Part shown: one piece after another, positions 14,510 through 28,712 of the stretch
Layout of the letters: the number at the start of each line of letters is the position of its first letter
How positions within the stretch are numbered: the stretch's first letter is position 1
Source: Octopus vulgaris
Taxonomy: Eukaryota
Reading direction: 5' to 3'
Assembly (NCBI GenBank): GCA_951406725.2
Contig: OX597814.1
Span: 19,468,001-19,532,000, forward strand
Length of the DNA stretch: 64,000 nt
Program-made: the position numbers and the translations under genes
The notes under the pieces: generated by a model
Databases searched by the model: none
What the model was told of the DNA's origin: nothing
What the model saw: only the letters and a program-made list of their open reading frames with translations

Positions 14510-14869
14510 TGTGTGTGTGTGTGTGTGTGATTGTCCTCCACCACCGCATGATAACCGTTGTTGGTTTGTTTACGTCCGGGAACTTAGCGGTTCGGCAAAG
14601 GGGGTGATAGAATAAATGCCAGACTAATTAAATACTGGGATCGATTCATTGTACTCTTTTAACGATAATTTAGAAAAGTTATTTCTCAAAAATATGTTTC
14701 TCTGCTGTTTATCTATTAAATGAATTTAATCGTTAGATTGGAAGGACAATTAATTTTTGTTTTTACCAGTTCGTCGATGAAAAGAATAGGTTTTTAATGC
14801 AGGTACACTGTTGCATAGAAGGGGTATGGGCGATTACATCGTCACCAGTACTGGCCTGGTATTTTATCT

Positions 14870-15555
14870 GTTCCAGGTTCAGTCTCACTCCGTCACACCT
14901 TGGGCAACAGTTTTTTCATGTATCCTCGGGCTGACCAAAGCTTTCTGAGTGGATTTGGTAGACAGAAACTGAAAGAAGCCCGCCGTGTATGTGTGTGTGT
15001 CTGTGATTGCTCCCCCCTCCCACACACACACACACCGCTTGACAACTAGTGTTGGTGTGTTTACATTCCCGTAATCTAGAGGTTTGGTAAAAGATACCGA
15101 TAGAATAAGCATTAAAGTTTTTAAAAAAATAAGTCCAGAGCTCGATTTATTCGACTTACCAGCCTCATGGTTCCGGGTTCATTCCCACTGCGTGGCACCT
15201 TGGGCAAGTGTCTTCTACTATAGCCTCGGGCCGACCAAAGCCTTGTGAGTGCATTTGGTAGACGGAAACTGAAAGAAGCCCATCGTATATACGTATATGT
15301 GTGTGTGTGTGTGTGTCTGTGTCTGTGTGTGTGTGTGTATTTTTGTATGTCTGTGTTTGTCCCCCTTACCCCCAACATCGATAACAACCGATGCTGCTGC
15401 GTTTACGTCCCCGTAAGTTAGCAGTTCGGCAAAAGAGACCGATAGAATAAGTACTAGGCTTACAAAGAATAGGTCCTGGGGTCGATTTGCTCGACTAAAT
15501 ACGGTGCTCCTGCATGGTCACATTCAAATAACTGAAGCAAAGAGTAAAAGAGTAA
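14870..15555 (+). mobile_element. Two adjacent 5'-truncated family B SINEs
   Basis: Two successive GGTTCAGTC/GGTTCATTCC...GAAACTGAAAGAAGCCC...GATAGAATAAG units. Confidence 0.75.
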
Positions 15556-18520
15556 GGCGGTATCCCAGCATAGTTGCAATCAAATAAACGAAACAAGTAG
15601 ACGAAGTATGAAACAAAAAAATTGACAACTCCCCTAATTTGAATTTAGATGTATAAAGGGACACAAATTGGATTCAAATTTTGACACAACGCCACCAATT
15701 TTTGAGGAGGTTGTAAGTCGGTTACATCGACTTCAGTACTCAACTTATTCTTATTTTATCGACCCCGAAGAGTTGAAAGGCAAAATCGACATCGCAGAAA
15801 TTTGAACTCAGAACGTAAAATGAAGGGGCATAATTTAAAACTACAATTAATATTCATTTCAAATTTTCGCACAAAACACGAAATTTCAGGGAATGGAGTA
15901 AGTTTATTACTTTCATCCCTGTACTCAACTGATACTTATTTTATCGATCCCGAAAGGATGAAAATCAAAGTCAACATCGGTGGATTTTGGACTCGGAACG
16001 TAAAGACGAAATGCGAAGCATTTTTCCCGGCACAGTAACGATTCTGCTTGCTCACCACCTTATAAAAGAGCAAGGCAAGTAAGTCTGACGGGAGAAGTTA
16101 GTCGATAACATTTTATTTATACTTTATTTTATCGACCCCCACCCCCCTCAAAAAAAGATGAAGAGCAAATTTGGCCTCAGCGGAATTTTGATTCAAAACG
16201 AAAAGCGCTCTACCAAACTGCAGTCATAATTATAACAATAATCCCGAGAACGTAGATTAGTGTTGCTCAACCGGTTCTTTCGCTCCAGCGCCTTGATTTG
16301 ACCTTGTAAAATCGTTAAGGCCACCCGACCCAAGTTAAGCAGTTTTTCTCCCTTCATCTGTATTATTGCTATCTGACCTTTGAAATTCACCCGCCCTACC
16401 CACTAAATTTTCTATAACAACCTCTTTTAAGAAAATTTGTCGTAGATATAGCTAACGCTATGTATATGAATATTAGTTTCAAATTTTAGCATAAGATCTG
16501 TACTTTTGTTCAAATGGTACTTCGAATATCAACCCCCGAAATATTGACAGGATACTGAATGGTGCTTGGTAAATGACTAGACTATAATATTATCATGTTG
16601 AAATCGAAGTTGCTCCAGTGATGGTTAGTTTTGTTTAGCCCAAATTCAGCCTAAATCTAGATGATGCATGATCAATGATGTCGGAGCTGTGACCGACTTG
16701 TCTTTTAGAGATATTTCGAACAACATTACTCAACGTGTCCTTTCTTTATCTAAGACAATAGAAGGAAATTTGAAGGAAATGTGACTGCTGTTTCTAACCA
16801 GTGGAGCAAAGGTAGTTGCTGGCAGATGTAATGAACTACTACTGTGTATGATCAAGAAACAGATAGCATCGCTAAAATGGAAAATCACTTCTAACGGTTA
16901 TGTTTTAAATTTCCCGCTTTTAAATATAGACAAACATTGATTTTATTACTAAAACATGCTAACGTCTCTCCTATGAGTCACATATAATGTTCTAAAGAAG
17001 CCTGCCTTTAGATATGAGCATAAAAATAATGCACGCTATAGATAATGTTCAGAGAAGTTTGGCAGCGTAACTTATCAACTGATTTAGCGAAATTGAATTC
17101 TATTTTTTCTATACTGGCATTCTTTTAGCTATTGAAAGTGGCGGATTAAAGAAACAATGCATTATAACATTTGTAAGGCACCTCTAACATACAATAGAAA
17201 ACTGGTTAGGTAAACAAGTAAAGGAAGAAAGATAACCCACGCGAGTCTAGCAAATCCTTCCTTACGTAAAAAAACATGAATGAATGAATAAATAATAAAC
17301 AATAAAAATAAAAATAAAATAAGTAAATAAATATATAAATATCATATGATAAGAAGTTACGAAATAAACTGAGAATGGTGAAATATATCTTAAATTCCTT
17401 AAAACGGTGAATATCCACGTTACATAATAGCCTTAAGAAGGTGATGGAAAAGATCTAATAAGACTACACATTCGATAAGTTTTCATTTTTTTATAATGAA
17501 GTAAAAATAGAAATAGAGAAGATAACCACAAAAGAATTAAAACCGCGATTGTAGCCTATTGTCTCTCTTATTTCTTTTTCAGACACGTTATTACAGCAAA
17601 AATTCGATTTTCGTCATTGGTATAAAATCAGACGCTTATAGGGAATGCTATAGCCTATAGAACTCATACAATCCGGTATTTATTTTATTGAATCTAGAAA
17701 GAAGAATGCACAAAGTTTTTGTGAGAACTTAATACAAACTACTAGACAGGGACAACAAACACGGACACCACTAATTCTGTAATTAAATACCTATATAATA
17801 CCAGAAATAATACCCGGATGATTGTACTAAAGAAATACGAATCGAAAACAAGTGCACAAATTACTACATTTGATGTGAAAGGAGCACTAAAGATAGTCTC
17901 TTAGTGGAAAATCCATGAAACAGTTAAAAATTATATGTGGTCCTTCTCAGTAAAGTCATGCTGTATCCTCTTAACCAATCATGAAAAATGAACTGGATGT
18001 ATCTCGATATCATATAATTGGGTGAGATTGTGTTGGTCCCAAGAAGGAGTCAAGAAGCTACCGACTGTTTTTATTAATATATATATATACATACATATAT
18101 ACATTCATATATACATTCATATATACATATATATATATATATATATATGCACATATACAACGGGTTTCTTTCAATTTCCCTCTACCAAATCCAAACTCAA
18201 AGTTATAGTTGGACCAAGGCTATAAAAGACACTTGTTCAAGATGTCATGCAGAGGGACTGAACCCGGAACAATGCAGTTAGAAGCAAAATTCTTACCACA
18301 GAGACACTCCTCCAGAAGATGACAAGTAAAGTCCACTACCTATTGCAGTGGTGGTGAGGTTATCTGCTCTACCCGTTTAGGGTACTGTTGGATAGGGTAC
18401 TCTGGATGCGAGTGAACACGGGTAGGTGGATTGACTCAAGGCTTAAACAGGCTAGAGAGCAAACATGTGCCTATAACAATAGTGGATTGAATATTCTATG
18501 CCACGCTTGTGATATATATG

Positions 18521-18555
<35 letters not shown>

Positions 18556-18556
<1 letters not shown>

Positions 18557-18760
18557 ACCGCGTGTGTACCGTTGGCGATTTTTTTCCTCTGTCTTCCCTT
18601 CTCTGGATCTTTCCTTCTCCTATGTTTCCGACGAAGAGCTCCGCTCGAAACGTTTAACCCTCCTTCTTTCCTTCTTTCCTGAGCGTCCAATAATACTATA
18701 TTTGTTCCACGTCCTCGCGTTGTTGAGTTTTTTTGTGCCTTCATGTTTGGATTAACTACA
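18556..18760 (+). mobile_element. PLE-like pseudo-LTR with hammerhead motif (18624-18658)
   Basis: GTTT-CCGACGA-A-GAGC(TCC)GCTC-GAAA-CG-TT-TAAC. The tail CAATAATACTATA..TTCCACG.CCTCGCGTTGTTG recurs at 12945-13010. Confidence 0.65.
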
Positions 18761-19037
18761 GATATAAATATATATATATATGTACAGAATGAGGGAGATT
18801 CATACATGCACACATACATATAATAAGAATATTCATTTAAATCTACCAATATACCTACAGCGGTAACGAGAAAAATATTCTACGAGGAATTCCATTGGTT
18901 AATCAATTTGATAATGGGCGTGTCACGTGAGTGATTGAGGTCAACTCGGTACAATCGATAGAAGAATGTTGAGTCAATATAAAATGAGAGGCGAATTATG
19001 ACAAGAAAAACAAACTGTAAATAAGATCTCTACACAA

Positions 19038-19078
<41 letters not shown>

Positions 19079-19187
19079 TGTAAAACAAGTTTAAGGAGTA
19101 TATAAATATACAGCTTTGTAGGTGTTAAAAATACAAATTGCAACGTAAAGAAATGCGTAGGTGTCACAGACATCTATACATACATAC

Positions 19188-19234
<47 letters not shown>

Positions 19235-19261
19235 CATACATACATACATACATACATACAT

Positions 19262-19760
19262 TATGGCTGCCCCCTCGTTATCGAGTATGACCATTGCATG
19301 AAGCTTAACTGTTACTGGTGCTGTGATCGAATGTGACTTTTTAACCCAGCCAAAGATCTACAATGTCTTGTACAAAATTGGCAACTAAAACCTTTACTGG
19401 TAATAGCCGGCTGTAGTTGTAACTGGGCTTCATGTACTTTTGCATGTCGTTTAAGTCCCCCTGCCGAATTACACTCTCTTCCACATGTCCGACAGATATG
19501 ATTAGTATGGTGTATTACACCACCAGCAGTGGCCAGGTTGTCACTCATCTGTCTCGTTTAATGATTACGAAGATGCCTTTTGAGTCCAGCTTTACTGAGG
19601 CAGGGTCTTGCACAGACATTGCATGTCAGCATCAAAGGAAGACCCTTCTCTTCTGGAAGTGTAACAACGATGCCCTTCCTGACATCCCTCCTTACTTTCT
19701 CATGTGCAACTCGAGATTTCTCAAAAGTGGCTGTCCCCTCATGCACAATCCTTCTCCACC
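19262..19760 (-). mobile_element. RTE-clade LINE 3' end with three C2H2 zinc fingers
   Basis: ORFs 19558-19746 and 19312-19548 give GTATFEKSRVAHEKVRRDVRK..CNVCARPCLSKAGLKRHLRNH, CRTCGRECNSAGGLKRHAKVH and CQFCTRHCRSLAGLKSHIRSQH. A short 3' UTR runs into (ATGT)n. Confidence 0.8.
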
Positions 19761-20076
19761 AGAGTTCAGTCCCACTGTGTGGTAACTTGGCGTGTGTCTT
19801 CTGCTATAGCCTCAGACCAACCAAAGCCTTGTCAGTGGATTTTGTAGACAGAAACTGAAAGAAATCAATTGTATGTAAATGTATGTATATATGTAAGTCT
19901 ATGCGTGTGCCTTTTTGTTTCTCCCTCATCACTGCTTCACAACTGGTGTTCGTTTATTTACATTGCAATAACTTACTGGTTTCACAAGAAGAAACTGATA
20001 GAATAAGTACCGGGCTTATCAAAAGCACTATGCAGTGTTTTTGTTTGCCCACTTAGTTGTATCTATCAATTTATCT

Positions 20077-20127
<51 letters not shown>

Positions 20128-20309
20128 CATGTATACATACATATATATATATGTATATATATATATATATGGATTTCGTGGACGGGAACTGAAACAAATC
20201 AATCGTATGTATGTATATCTCAAAGTATAAAAAAGCACTACGCAGTGTCTCATATTTTTGTTTGCCCACTCAGTTGTATCTATCAATTTATCTTTGTGTG
20301 CGTGTGTGT

Positions 20310-20362
<53 letters not shown>

Positions 20363-20368
<6 letters not shown>

Positions 20369-20920
20369 GTCAGGTCACTTTTGAGTGCTACTGGTAACAT
20401 GTAACCCAGTACAACCTGTTGCATGGTCGGTCGTCGGTGACTAAACCGGCAACCCCACCAACCTTGCTTGGTGAGAAGGGTGTTTATTGGACAACCTGCG
20501 GGATGAAAAACAAAACCCGTCAAAGGGCGGAGGAACTCTTGAGAGTCAACGGCCATCCAATAAATGTCTTAAGGTTGTATCATGCGCGGGGACATAGAAA
20601 TAATCGGACTGAATACCCGATCGCGCGGGTTAACCATTGGGAGTGAAAGACTCCTAGCCTTTATTAGGGCATCCTTCTAGGAGAAGGTAACTCAGATAAC
20701 TGGAATGACACCGACATAAAACCTGCGGCTCAGTGGTTACCGATGATGTTGACTTGTTCTTTTCGGATTATGGCTGCTGTTGCTTAGTGAGTGGGATTGA
20801 CTCAGTGCACAACCTTTCCTCACTTAAAAAAAAATCTTCTTGCACAGGCATTGCACGATAACAACATTGATTAAGCTTCGTGCAATGGCCATACTCGATA
20901 ACGAGGAGGCATCCACCATA
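20363..20920 (+). mobile_element. Non-autonomous RTE derivative (5' UTR-like segment fused to 3' UTR)
   Basis: The end TTAAGCTTCGTGCAATGGCCATACTCGATAACGAGG matches the 3' UTR of the 19262 element. The upstream 500 bp is non-coding and resembles an RTE 5' UTR. Confidence 0.65.
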
Positions 20921-21009
20921 TATAAATATATATATGGATTTCGCGGACAGGAACTGAAACAAATCAATCGTATATATATGTATGTATATATGTAAGTGTA
21001 TGTGTTTTA

Positions 21010-21212
21010 GTATTAACACATTCTTTGCCAACAAGACATCCCACAAGGCATCTTGGAGACATTCAAGATCTCACCACTGGCATCAGCTGGATCTCATCAT
21101 TACACAAAGATTCTTTCTGAATTCTGTTCAACTGACCCGTAGCTACCACAGCGCGGATTGTGACACAGATCATTCGCTAATAAGAAGCAGGGTGAGGATT
21201 CTGCCTAAACAA
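21010..21212 (+). pseudogene. LINE (RTE) AP-endonuclease fragment
   Basis: INTFFANKTSHKASWRHSRSHHWHQLDLIITQRFFLNSVQLTRSYHSADCDTDHSLI, the C-terminal APE motifs. Confidence 0.9.
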
Positions 21213-21786
21213 TATGGGAATGTAGAAAGCAAGAATAGTTGGAAAAAATATGAGATATATATTATGATCTTACATAGATTATTAATAAAATGATTTTTAA
21301 ACAAAATATTTTATAATGCAAAAGTAAAATATTATAAAAGTGGAACTGTCATTTTTTTTTTTACATTTCTTATGAAACAAAATGTTTGCGTATCAAAAGC
21401 ACTACAATAATGCAAATGGGGTGAAAGCGGCAAGCTGACCGAAACGTTGCAGTCTGGCAACATGCTTAGCAGCTTTTTGTCCATATTTACGTGCTGAGTT
21501 CAAATCGACTTTGTCTTTCGACGACTTTGGCCTTTCATTTTTCCAGAGTCGATAAAATAAGTACAAGTTGAACAGTGGGATCGATAAAGTATGTACCAGT
21601 TGAACATGGGGTCGCTGCAATACCCGAAATTCCTGGCCTTGTGCTAAAATATGAAGCCACTATTACAAATAACCATAGTGATAAATTTTAAAATATAGAT
21701 ATGGAAACTAACTTCCAGTATTTATCTTCAACTGAAAACATGTACGGGAATATTTTATTACGACTGTACGTTTTCCCAACACATTG

Positions 21787-21854
<68 letters not shown>

Positions 21855-21889
21855 TAGACCGGTTAATTAATATTGAAAATTTCATCTGT

Positions 21890-22165
21890 TACTTTTTACG
21901 TGTTTCAGTTCTAATATTACGGCCATGCTGGGGCACCGCCTTGAAGAATTTTAGTCGGAGAAATTGACCACAATACTTATTTTTGTAACACGCGCATACA
22001 CACATACATATATAAATGTGTGTGTGTGTTTTCGTCTGCCAAATCGAGCCACAGGGGTTTTGGTGGCCCGTGGTTATAGAAGAAGACACTAGCCCAAGGT
22101 GATAGGAAGTGGGACTGAACCCAGAACCATGTAGTTGGGAAGCAAACTTCTTACCGCACAGTCCC
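21890..22165 (-). mobile_element. SINE family B (diverged)
   Basis: Reverse-complement tail and head motifs. Confidence 0.7.
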
Positions 22166-22264
22166 ACCAACAGTTTTGATGTAAATATGATAAAATATCG
22201 TTGTTCCTTCATGAAAAGGGGTTCCTTGCAGTGAACACATCCTGTTGTGTATACTATCGTATAT

Positions 22265-22566
22265 GTGGAAGCACAATGGCCCAGTGGTTAGGGCAGCAGA
22301 CTCGCAGTTGGAGGATCGCGGTTTCAATTCCCAGAAAGGGCATTGTGTGTGTCTATTGAGCGAAAACACCTAAAACTCCACGAGTCTCCAGCAGGGGTTG
22401 GGTGACCCCTGTTGTACTCTTTCGCCCCAACTTTCTCTCATTCTCTCTTCCTGTTTCTTGAGTAACGCTGCGATGAACTGGCGTCCCGTCTACCTGGAGG
22501 GAACACATATGCCAGAGAAACCGGGAAACCGTTCCCATGAGCCTGGCTAGACTTGAAAAGGGCGCA

Positions 22567-22570
<4 letters not shown>
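22265..22570 (+). mobile_element. SINE family C, tail type 1
   Basis: GTGGAAGCACAATGGCCCAGTGGTTAGGGCAGC head, CTGCGATGAACTGGCGTCCCGTC body, (TAAA)n end. Confidence 0.85.
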
Positions 22571-22597
<27 letters not shown>

Positions 22598-22598
22598 A

Positions 22599-22991
22599 GC
22601 AGGAGTGGCTGTGTGGTAAGTAGCTTGCTAACCAACCACATGGTTCCGGGTTCAGTCCCACTGCGTGGCATCTTGGGCAAGTGTCTTCTGCTATAGCTCC
22701 GGGCCGACCAATGCCTTGTGAGTGGATTTGGTAGACGGAAACTGAAAGAAGCCTGTCGTATATATGTATATATATATGTGTGTGTGTTTGTGTGTCTGTG
22801 TTTGTCCCCCTAGCATTGCTTGACAACCGATGCTGGTGTGTTTACGTCCCCGTCACTTAGCGGTTCGGCAAAAGAGACCGATAGAATAAGTACTGGGCTT
22901 ACAAAGAATAAGCTCTTGGGTCGATTTGCTCGACTAAAAGGCGGTGCTCCAGCATGGCCGCAGTCAAATGACTGAAACAAGTAAAAGAGTA
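22599..22991 (+). mobile_element. SINE family B (young)
   Basis: Near-identical to the 30618 copy. Confidence 0.88.
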
Positions 22992-24616
22992 AATAAATAC
23001 TATTGTGTATATCTGTTTACAATACTTAAATTCTAAGGTACGTAAGGGATGGTACCTTAAAATCTTTCCAAAGCTGCCACTATTATTATTTCCAACATCC
23101 ATTTTTTTTTATATAGTTTCCTTTTCCCCTCGTTTACTTTTTATTCATTTTGCCACTGTCTCTTTCTCTCTTTCAGCAAAACATGGAGGTCAATTGCAAT
23201 CCTAAATCCTAGAAGATCTTCGAAACGACACCTATTTACACATTGTGTCATCATATATATATATATATGTGTGTGTGTGGGTGTGCGTGTATGCTCGTGC
23301 GTGTGTGTTGCGTTGTGAAAAATGTTATTCAAGGACAACACGTTAAATATCGAATTGTTTCCCTCCGAATGTTAAACATACTCTAAGTTCCCACTCTTTT
23401 AGTAACCATTACTAACCAGTGTTATTTACATATATAAAGCTAACATCTGTTAAGTAACAAGTAATAAACTTGCGCTTCGTTTTTATGCAAACTATCTCAC
23501 GACAGATTTCTTGGTTTTTATGAAGCAGTACCCTTTGGTTAATGTTGGTTATGAATTCCCGAGGGAAACTTCTGTCAGATATTCAATTCAACTCTCAATA
23601 TAATAGATATTTTTTTTTTCTATTTTCTCTTCTCTACTTTTACTAGTTATTTTTTACACTTTCTCTCACCGTTCAATATTACGACTTGTAAAATGTCTAC
23701 GCTGTTGTTGCTTTTTTATGTACACGTATATCTTTCTTCTTCGTTCTTGTGATACATTTCAACAAAATAAGAATTGGTTTTAAAGAAGTAAAAAGTCTTT
23801 GATGCAATTCGGACACAATAAAACGGAAGAGTTTTACTGAACTAAGATAAAAGAGATTTTTTTTTTTACACAGTTTCAACATTCCTGATAATGTATGTAC
23901 GTGTTTCTATATTTGTGTATATATGTATGTGTATATCCCTCTTCTAATCTATTCTACGTACGAAGATATGAAAGAAAGTATGTATACGCATGCATATCTA
24001 TGTTGGCATCCAATTATGTATACATATATATACATGTATACATGTGTGTGTGCCTGTGCATGTTTTTATGTATGCATGTATACCTATGCATGTATGAGTG
24101 TGTATAGTGTCGCATTATACTGGTGTTCTTTGCAATAAAGACCCATTCTCTACAGAAAATGACAAAGGACTTTTGTTGCAGTTAAGACAATGTCACACAT
24201 TTTGCATGCATGCTGCGTGTTTATGCATCTGTGTATATACTGATGCTCATACTGGGGTAGGGAAGGATACGGAGAATAATAGGGTGAAAGTAGATGAAGG
24301 TATTCGTGCAGATGAAGGAAGCATGTATGTTTGAAAATGAATGTGGAATGTATGATATTTGTCATGAAGACTTTAAGACATATATGGCTATAGGAGAAAT
24401 GTAAAGATTTTACACTAAAAGTTGGACTACCGAGTTGATGCTTATATTTTCTATGTAGGGTTTTAATATATTATTATTTGAGAAAGTTTCTTGTAACAAT
24501 TGTTGTAAAAATATTAAGTGGAAAAAGTTGATTAATTATTTATATGTGCACGTAACTATATGCATATGTGTAGTACGTGTGTGTGTATATAATTATTATG
24601 TGGGTACGTATGTACG

Positions 24617-24905
24617 CGTGGAGGCGCAGTGGCCCAGTGGTTAGGGCAGCGGACTCGCGGTTTCGATTCCCAGACCGGGAATGTTGTGTGTGTTTATTGA
24701 GCGAAAACATCTAAAGCTCCACGAGGCTCCGGCAGGGCTTGGTGGCGATCCCTGTTGTACTCTTTCGCCCCAACTTTCTCTCACTCTTTCGTCCTGTTTC
24801 TTGGGTAACACTGCGATGGACTGGCGTCCCGTCCAGCTGGGGGGAACACATACGTCACAGAAACCGGGAAACCGGGCCCATTAGCCTGGCTAGGGCGCAT
24901 AAATA
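24617..24905 (+). mobile_element. SINE family C, tail type 1
   Basis: Same head and tail as 22265 and 35068. Confidence 0.85.
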
Positions 24906-25077
24906 ATAATATGTACGTGTGTGTGCGTGTGAATGTGTGTGTGTTTGTAGGCCCGTGGCCTAGTGCTTAAGCGTGTTCTGCTTACGATCCTGTGATCGTG
25001 GTTTCCATTCCCAGACCGGTTGCACATGGTGGCCTTGAGCAAAAAACTTATTTTCTAGTTCACTGAGTTGTATATAT

Positions 25078-25309
25078 ATTTCTTTACTACCCACAAGGGG
25101 CTAAACACAGAGAGGACAAACAAGGACAGACAAACGGATTAAGTCGATTACATCGACCCCAGTGCGCAACTGGTACTTAATTTATCGACCCCGAAAGGAT
25201 GAAAGGCTAAGTCGACCTCGGCAGAATTTGAACTCAGAACGTAACGGCAGACGAAATACGGCCACGCATTTCACCCGGCGTGCTAACGATTCTGCCAGCT
25301 CGCCGCCTT
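25078..25309 (-). mobile_element. SINE family A nested in an older family C-like SINE (24949-25470)
   Basis: 15-bp TSD ACTGAGTTGTATATA (25062-25076) and ACTCAGTTGTATATA (25310-25324). Confidence 0.85.
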
Positions 25310-26202
25310 ACTCAGTTGTATATAAATGATCCTGCGACGGAACAGACTTCCGATCAGGGGCATATTGGCCTGTTCACCCAGCCAGCGGAGTCGCAGCTTT
25401 CGAAAGCTAAAAGCGATGCTAAGCGCATTGTTATCAGTGATGTCTAACAACATAAGTCGATTACGTGATGCATACACACGCACATATGTGTGTGTCCTTC
25501 GCCCAATTTAAGGCTGCTCCGTAGCACTTTGGGTGATTTTTAGGGACTCTTCTCTTTCACAAGTACCTGAATTCTTTCTGGAGGAGGGTTTCAACCAGTC
25601 TCTTACGAATGACAAGAAATTCAGATGGGTGACCTTTGAGAGTTGAAAACAAAAATAATGTGAAGTATTAGTTATTTTCTTTTGATTTTTTGTTTTTGTG
25701 TGATTTTTAGCAGTTATTCCTTCATGAATTACATTCGACGTATGAAAAATACTTAAACCATAAGTAGACTAAGAAAGAGCCTCTACGTTGTTACACTCCC
25801 TGCTGGAAATAGCAGTAAATACTTCTCAAAATAAACACATTAGCGTCGTTTAAATATAGAGTCTGAGTAAAAGTATATTTAAAAAGATGTGATGGTCGTT
25901 CACGGCCACAATAGCCAACCCGGGAGCAAACATTCTTTCATAACGAATGAATGAAGGATTATCAGTAATATAACCAACAGTAATAAATGGAAGTAAGTCA
26001 CATCAATTATTACTGGAAAAGTAAGACAATGAGATAACCCTGCGTTACTTTTAAACAAACAAGTGCAGCGACCATAATCACGGCCGACAATAGTAGTTGT
26101 TTTATCAATAATGAATTGAGTTGGATACCTTGATTTATGTTGATATAAGAGTAACTATAATAAGTTTCATTGAATCGACACCACCCATGTTAGTCATGCT
26201 CA

Positions 26203-26588
26203 GTGGAGGCGCAATGGCCCAGTGGTTAGGGCAGCGGACTCGCGGTCATAGGATCGCGGTTTCGATTCCCAGACCGGGCGTTGTGAGTGTTTATTGAGCG
26301 AAAACACCTAAAAGCTCCACGAGGCTCCGGCAGGGGATGGTGGTGATTCCTGCTGTTCTCTTTCGTCACAACTTTCTCTCACTCTTACTTCCTGTTTCTG
26401 TTGTACCTGTATTTCAAGGGGCCGGCCTTGTCACTCTCTGTGTCACGCTGAATATCCCCGAGAACTACGTTAAGGGTACACGTGTCTGTGGAGTGCTCAG
26501 CCACTTACACGTTAATTTCACGAGCAGGCTGTTCCGTTGATTCGGATCAACCGGAACCCTCATCGTCGTAACCGACGGAGTGCTTCCA
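26203..26588 (+). mobile_element. SINE family C, tail type 2
   Basis: Family C head with a different 3' half. Perfect TSD TAGTCATGCTCA at 26191-26202 and 26589-26600. Confidence 0.88.
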
Positions 26589-27385
26589 TAGTCATGCTCA
26601 AAATTAAGTTTTCAATAACAAAGCAATAACAATCCATTTTATAGTTTATCTTGCAGGCTATAAGATAATTTACACGAAGGGCTTTAAATTTCTGATTACA
26701 TAACATGTCTTCTGGTTATATAACGAACTTAGAATGCTTTCTGTTTGTCCAAATCCATCTTATACCAATTGCTATTACAAAACTGTCTATGCTAGCAAAC
26801 GGAGTAGCAAGTACGCGCTCGACTGACCTTAGTGAAATGGCAGTCAAATTTCCCTCTCTGTCTTAAATATTACAAAGAGAGAGGAGTTCAATAGTCATTG
26901 ATAAATAAAAAGGGGATGATAATGACTGGAATGCCATTGGCCGTAGTGGTTGCTCAATCTTGGTCCACTTATGGTAGGATAACAATAACAGCCTAGTTAT
27001 CTATACTTCTTTAAGCATATACATGCACACAGGTGAAAGCAAACGCAGTCAATTTATCTGTCTAATATTACTAAATGTAAGTGAACTGAACACAATGCAT
27101 ATTTCAAAATGTATCTATATTTTACTGGAGAAAGTTGCTTGTTAATTAGGTACGTAACAGTTATCAAAAGAAAGTAATTATTAAAGGCTTGACCGTCTGG
27201 AATTTTTTTATTTTATAAATTCGTTTTCCAAGAAATTTCCTGTAATTTCGATTTCTGAAGTTCATTCAATATTTGAACTACAAGTTTTTAATTTAAATAT
27301 TCGTTGTATTCACTGCGGAGCAGATTTTAATGTTTAATAAAGAATATTCGTTGCAGGCGAAATTTTCTGTTTTCATTTGTAACAG

Positions 27386-27466
<81 letters not shown>

Positions 27467-27710
27467 TTTCTTTCTATTTTCATTAATGATAATTTAATAT
27501 ATATTCATTTCAATGTTTTCATTTCAAGTTTTAATTCGCTATTTCCATAACCCACAGTTTATTCTATAAACGTAATGTAAAAAAAATTATTTATTGACTG
27601 AATGAATGTTATTAAACAAAATAGCTATATGTGAATCTGATTTGGTAATTTTGTATATAAGAATGTATTTACGTAGGGGCATTTTTATGCGTATGTATGT
27701 ACATACAATA

Positions 27711-27876
27711 GGCGCAGGAGTGGCTGTGTGGTAAGTAGCTTGCTTACTAACCACATGGCTCCGGGTTCAGTCCCACTGCGTGGCACCTTGGGCAAGTGTC
27801 TTCTACTAAAGCCTCGGGTCTACCAAAACCTTGTGGGTGGATTTGGTAGTTGGAAACTGAAAGAAGCCCATCGTAA

Positions 27877-27924
<48 letters not shown>

Positions 27925-28108
27925 TTGTGTGTCTGAGTTTGTCCTCCCAACATCGCTTGGTGTGTTTACGTCCTCGGTTCAGCAAAAGAGACCGATAGAA
28001 AAAGTACTAGGCTTACAAAGAATAAGTCCTGGGGTCGATTTGCTCGATTAAAGGCGGTGCTCCAGCATGGCTGCAGTCAAATGACTGAAAGAAATAAAAG
28101 AGTAAAAG
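27711..28108 (+). mobile_element. SINE family B
   Basis: Full head-to-tail match. Confidence 0.88.
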
Positions 28109-28440
28109 CGAGAGATAAGCATAAATGTAGATTTTTCAGAGTCGCGTAAAATTTTCTCTTTCGCATTTGGTTTTCAACATTTTACACTGCCACAAAATAA
28201 GTCGTTTCATATTTTACGTTTTCATGTGAAAGTTTACGTTCTTTGTGATTTATTTTTCATTATATATCAACATAAACGTAGTTCTTCATACAAACTTCCT
28301 TTCTTTTACGACCTTTACTTTTTTTTCCAACTATTGTTAACCTTTTTTCATTCTTTTCATAGAACTTTTTGCTTCCTAATACATACATACACACATACAT
28401 ACATACATACATACGTACATACATACATACATACATACAC

Positions 28441-28543
<103 letters not shown>

Positions 28544-28607
28544 TATATATTTATGTACGTATATATCATAAACTTCTTGTTCCATCTCAGCATTAGTCTT
28601 ATAGACT

Positions 28608-28712
<105 letters not shown>

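Larger units (their letters stand above)
13531..14650 (+). mobile_element. SINE family B split by two insertions in its internal microsatellite
   Basis: Head at 13531-13710, tail resumes about 14530-14650. Confidence 0.7.

Noticed and set aside
19312-19746. Possible host C2H2 zinc-finger gene exon
   Set aside because: No TGEKP linkers. Preceded by RTE C-terminal sequence and followed by an RTE 3' UTR.
23205-23240. CCTAGAAGATCTTCGAAACGAC as a degenerate hammerhead
   Set aside because: Core and stems cannot be assigned consistently.
26203-26280. tRNA genes (tRNA-like heads of families A, B and C)
   Set aside because: Acceptor stems are imperfect and always continue into SINE bodies.
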